Below, in pieces: positions 62,213 through 63,968 of a stretch of 63,968 nucleotides of DNA. Position numbers and translations under genes: made by a program. The notes under the pieces are model-generated. The model saw only the letters and a program-made list of their open reading frames with translations. It was not told the origin of the DNA and made no database searches. The DNA is taken from positions 6,014,033-6,078,000 of the forward strand of contig NC_059425.1 of assembly GCF_021028975.2 (NCBI RefSeq). The letters are read 5' to 3'. How positions within the stretch are numbered: position 1 is the stretch's first letter; every line of letters begins with the position of its first letter. The stretch is from Sphaerodactylus townsendi. Its lineage: Eukaryota.

Positions 62213-62304
62213 NNNNNNNNNNNNNNNNNNNNNNNNNNNNNNNNNNNNNNNNNNNNNNNNNNNNNNNNNNNNNNNNNNNNNNNNNNNNNNNNNNNNNNNN
62301 NNNN
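62213..62304. other. Assembly gap
   Basis: N run. Confidence 0.99.
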
Positions 62305-62860
62305 GGGGGGGTGCAGAGCCTGCAGCTGCAACGCGTTTCTGGCTTCAGGGTCCCCCCACCTGATCCCCCTGGGAATCCCAGCTTGGGTGGGGGAACCAAA
62401 GAGGGGCCAGGCAGAGCTTCAGAGCCCCCCCCCCTCCGCAGATGAGTCCGGTGCTGCTGGGTGGGTCAGGAGGCGCCTCTGGCTCCCCAAACAGGAAGGG
62501 GAACAGGGCAGGGGGTCTCATGTCCTCCCCCAAAATCCAGGGCAGGAGCCAGGGCGTCCCAGCAGATTTTCCCCAGGCCTGAAGACAACCCCCCCCCCCC
62601 ATGCGCTTTTGTCTCTGGGGAACCAAAGGGGCGGGAGCCCCCTCTGCCCAGGGGGTTTGCCCAAGAGGGGAGGCTTCTGGGGAGGGGCTTGTGTGCCTTT
62701 TTCCTCCCCTTCCCCACCTGGTTGTGGAGCATCCGGGCCCCTCCTCTGATCTCTCGCTTACCTGCCAAGCTGGAGTCTGCAACTGAGCCGCTTCAGGGGG
62801 CTGCCTTATGAAAACCCCCCACCCCCCACCCCCGGGGTGGCTTCAGGCAGGGTCAGGAAC
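62305..62860 (+). promoter_or_regulatory. Module E GC-rich 5' region (downstream half of the promoter block; ETS pair not visible, possibly in the gap)
   Basis: Homologous to 33000-33400, 45020-45560 and 57050-57490. Confidence 0.55.
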
Positions 62861-63045
62861 TCTTTGCCCCCCAGAGGTTGGAAGGAGGGTCAAACACTTC
62901 CGAGCCTTCCTCGATCCAAGGTGGTCCCTTTCAGTTGGGCCCCGAAGCCACTATGGGGAGAGGGTCATTCGAGGGACTGGCCCAGGAAACGCGTTTGTAG
63001 CGCAAAGAAGGAACCCCCCACCCCTTTTATTTCTCAACCTCCCAG

Positions 63046-63131
63046 GCAAGAGTGAAAAGACATACTTGATGCCTCCTCCGCCATCTCCTGCACTTGGCAA
63101 AAGGAAGAGGGCCGCCATGCAACAATCTCAG
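63046..63131 (+). CDS. KZNF-type start exon E (ATG 63117, MQQSQ); gene presumably continues beyond the window
   Basis: GCCGCCATGCAACAATCTCAG|GTAAAG. Confidence 0.65.
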
Positions 63132-63554
63132 GTAAAGGGGGGGCGGGGTTTACTGGTCAGACCTGCACAAGAGGACAGGGATGATTCCTTCTGTTCCAGG
63201 ACTCAGAGGATCGGACCCCTTGCCCTTGGTTCTGGTGCTGCTGGATTTCGAGACTGCCCATGGTGACACACACACCCCTTCCGTGGTCTATAGACTGGCA
63301 GGAACAGAGAAGGCCAAGCAGGAACTCTGACACAAAACTGGGCCGTGAATTTCCCATGTCAGTTACCGTGTGGCCATCCCTGGCCCCTTCTTCACAAGGC
63401 ATCTAGCCCCCTGCCAGTGAAGACAGCCCCTCTGGCTCCAGGATGTCCCCAAAGAGGGATGGGGGGGGCAAATGTCCCCACAGGGCTCTGCTCCCCTCCC
63501 CTTTGTGCAGCTGTCCCACTATTAATCAACTGTCTCTTAACATTAAGCTCATGT

Positions 63555-63968
63555 GACCACAATTCAGGAAGGATATTGACCAACTGGAGCGCGTCCAGAG
63601 GAAGGCAACCGAAGGGTCTAGAATCCAAGCCCTGTGAGGAGAGGTTTAGGGGGCTGGGTTTGTTTAGTCTGGAGAAGGAAAGGTTCAGGGGGGACACGAT
63701 AGCCCTGCTTAAACATTTGAAGAGATGTCTGTTCAAGAGGGAACAAGCTTGTGTTCTCCTGCTCCAGAGACTAGAACACAGAGTCACGGATGCAAACTGT
63801 GAGAAAAGAGATTCCACCTAAACATTAGGAAGAAGTTCCTGACAAGAAGGGCTGTTTGACAGTGGGATTCGCTGCCTTGGAAAGTGGTGGGTTCTCCTTC
63901 TTTGGAGGTTTTTAAACAGAGGCTGGATGGCCATCTGTCAGGAGTGCTTTAACTTTTAGTTCCTGCAT
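63555..63968 (+). mobile_element. Old CR1 fragment
   Basis: EERFRGLGLFSLEKERFRGD. Confidence 0.82.

Overview
Eukaryotic (vertebrate) DNA. The repeat content (CR1 with (TTCTTATG)n tails, L2, Penelope-like fragments, hAT MITEs, a tRNA/CORE-type SINE) points to a squamate reptile, probably a gecko; this is inference. The window is part of a tandemly duplicated KRAB-C2H2 zinc-finger (KZNF) cluster. Each unit is: GC-rich promoter with an inverted ETS/GABPA site pair, an 86-87 nt start exon (GCCGCCATG-QPAQ|GT), a 127 nt KRAB-A exon, a 93 nt KRAB-B exon, and one large zinc-finger exon. On the + strand lie gene A (22387-28050, no 5' end visible, damaged ZF exon), gene B (32400-40725, 18 intact fingers), gene C (44390-53921, 17 intact fingers), and modules D and E (56620-end) with promoter-region and start exons but no KRAB/ZF exons visible. 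Bases 1-22024 are a reverse-complement copy of 22118-44117, forming a ~44 kb palindrome centred on a (TTTC)n/N-gap. Patchy indel noise in both arms makes an assembly artefact or duplicated haplotype the most likely explanation. However, the arms carry cleanly different DNA-contact residues in blocks of fingers. Other notable signals: minimal hammerhead-ribozyme motifs in Penelope-like fragments, different MITEs placing a ZNF143/THAP11-type motif ~330 bp upstream of two paralogous promoters, three orphan start exons in tandem, and several transposon insertions or mutations that remodel splice sites while keeping the frame. No prokaryotic-type system, CRISPR array, rRNA or tRNA gene is supported.
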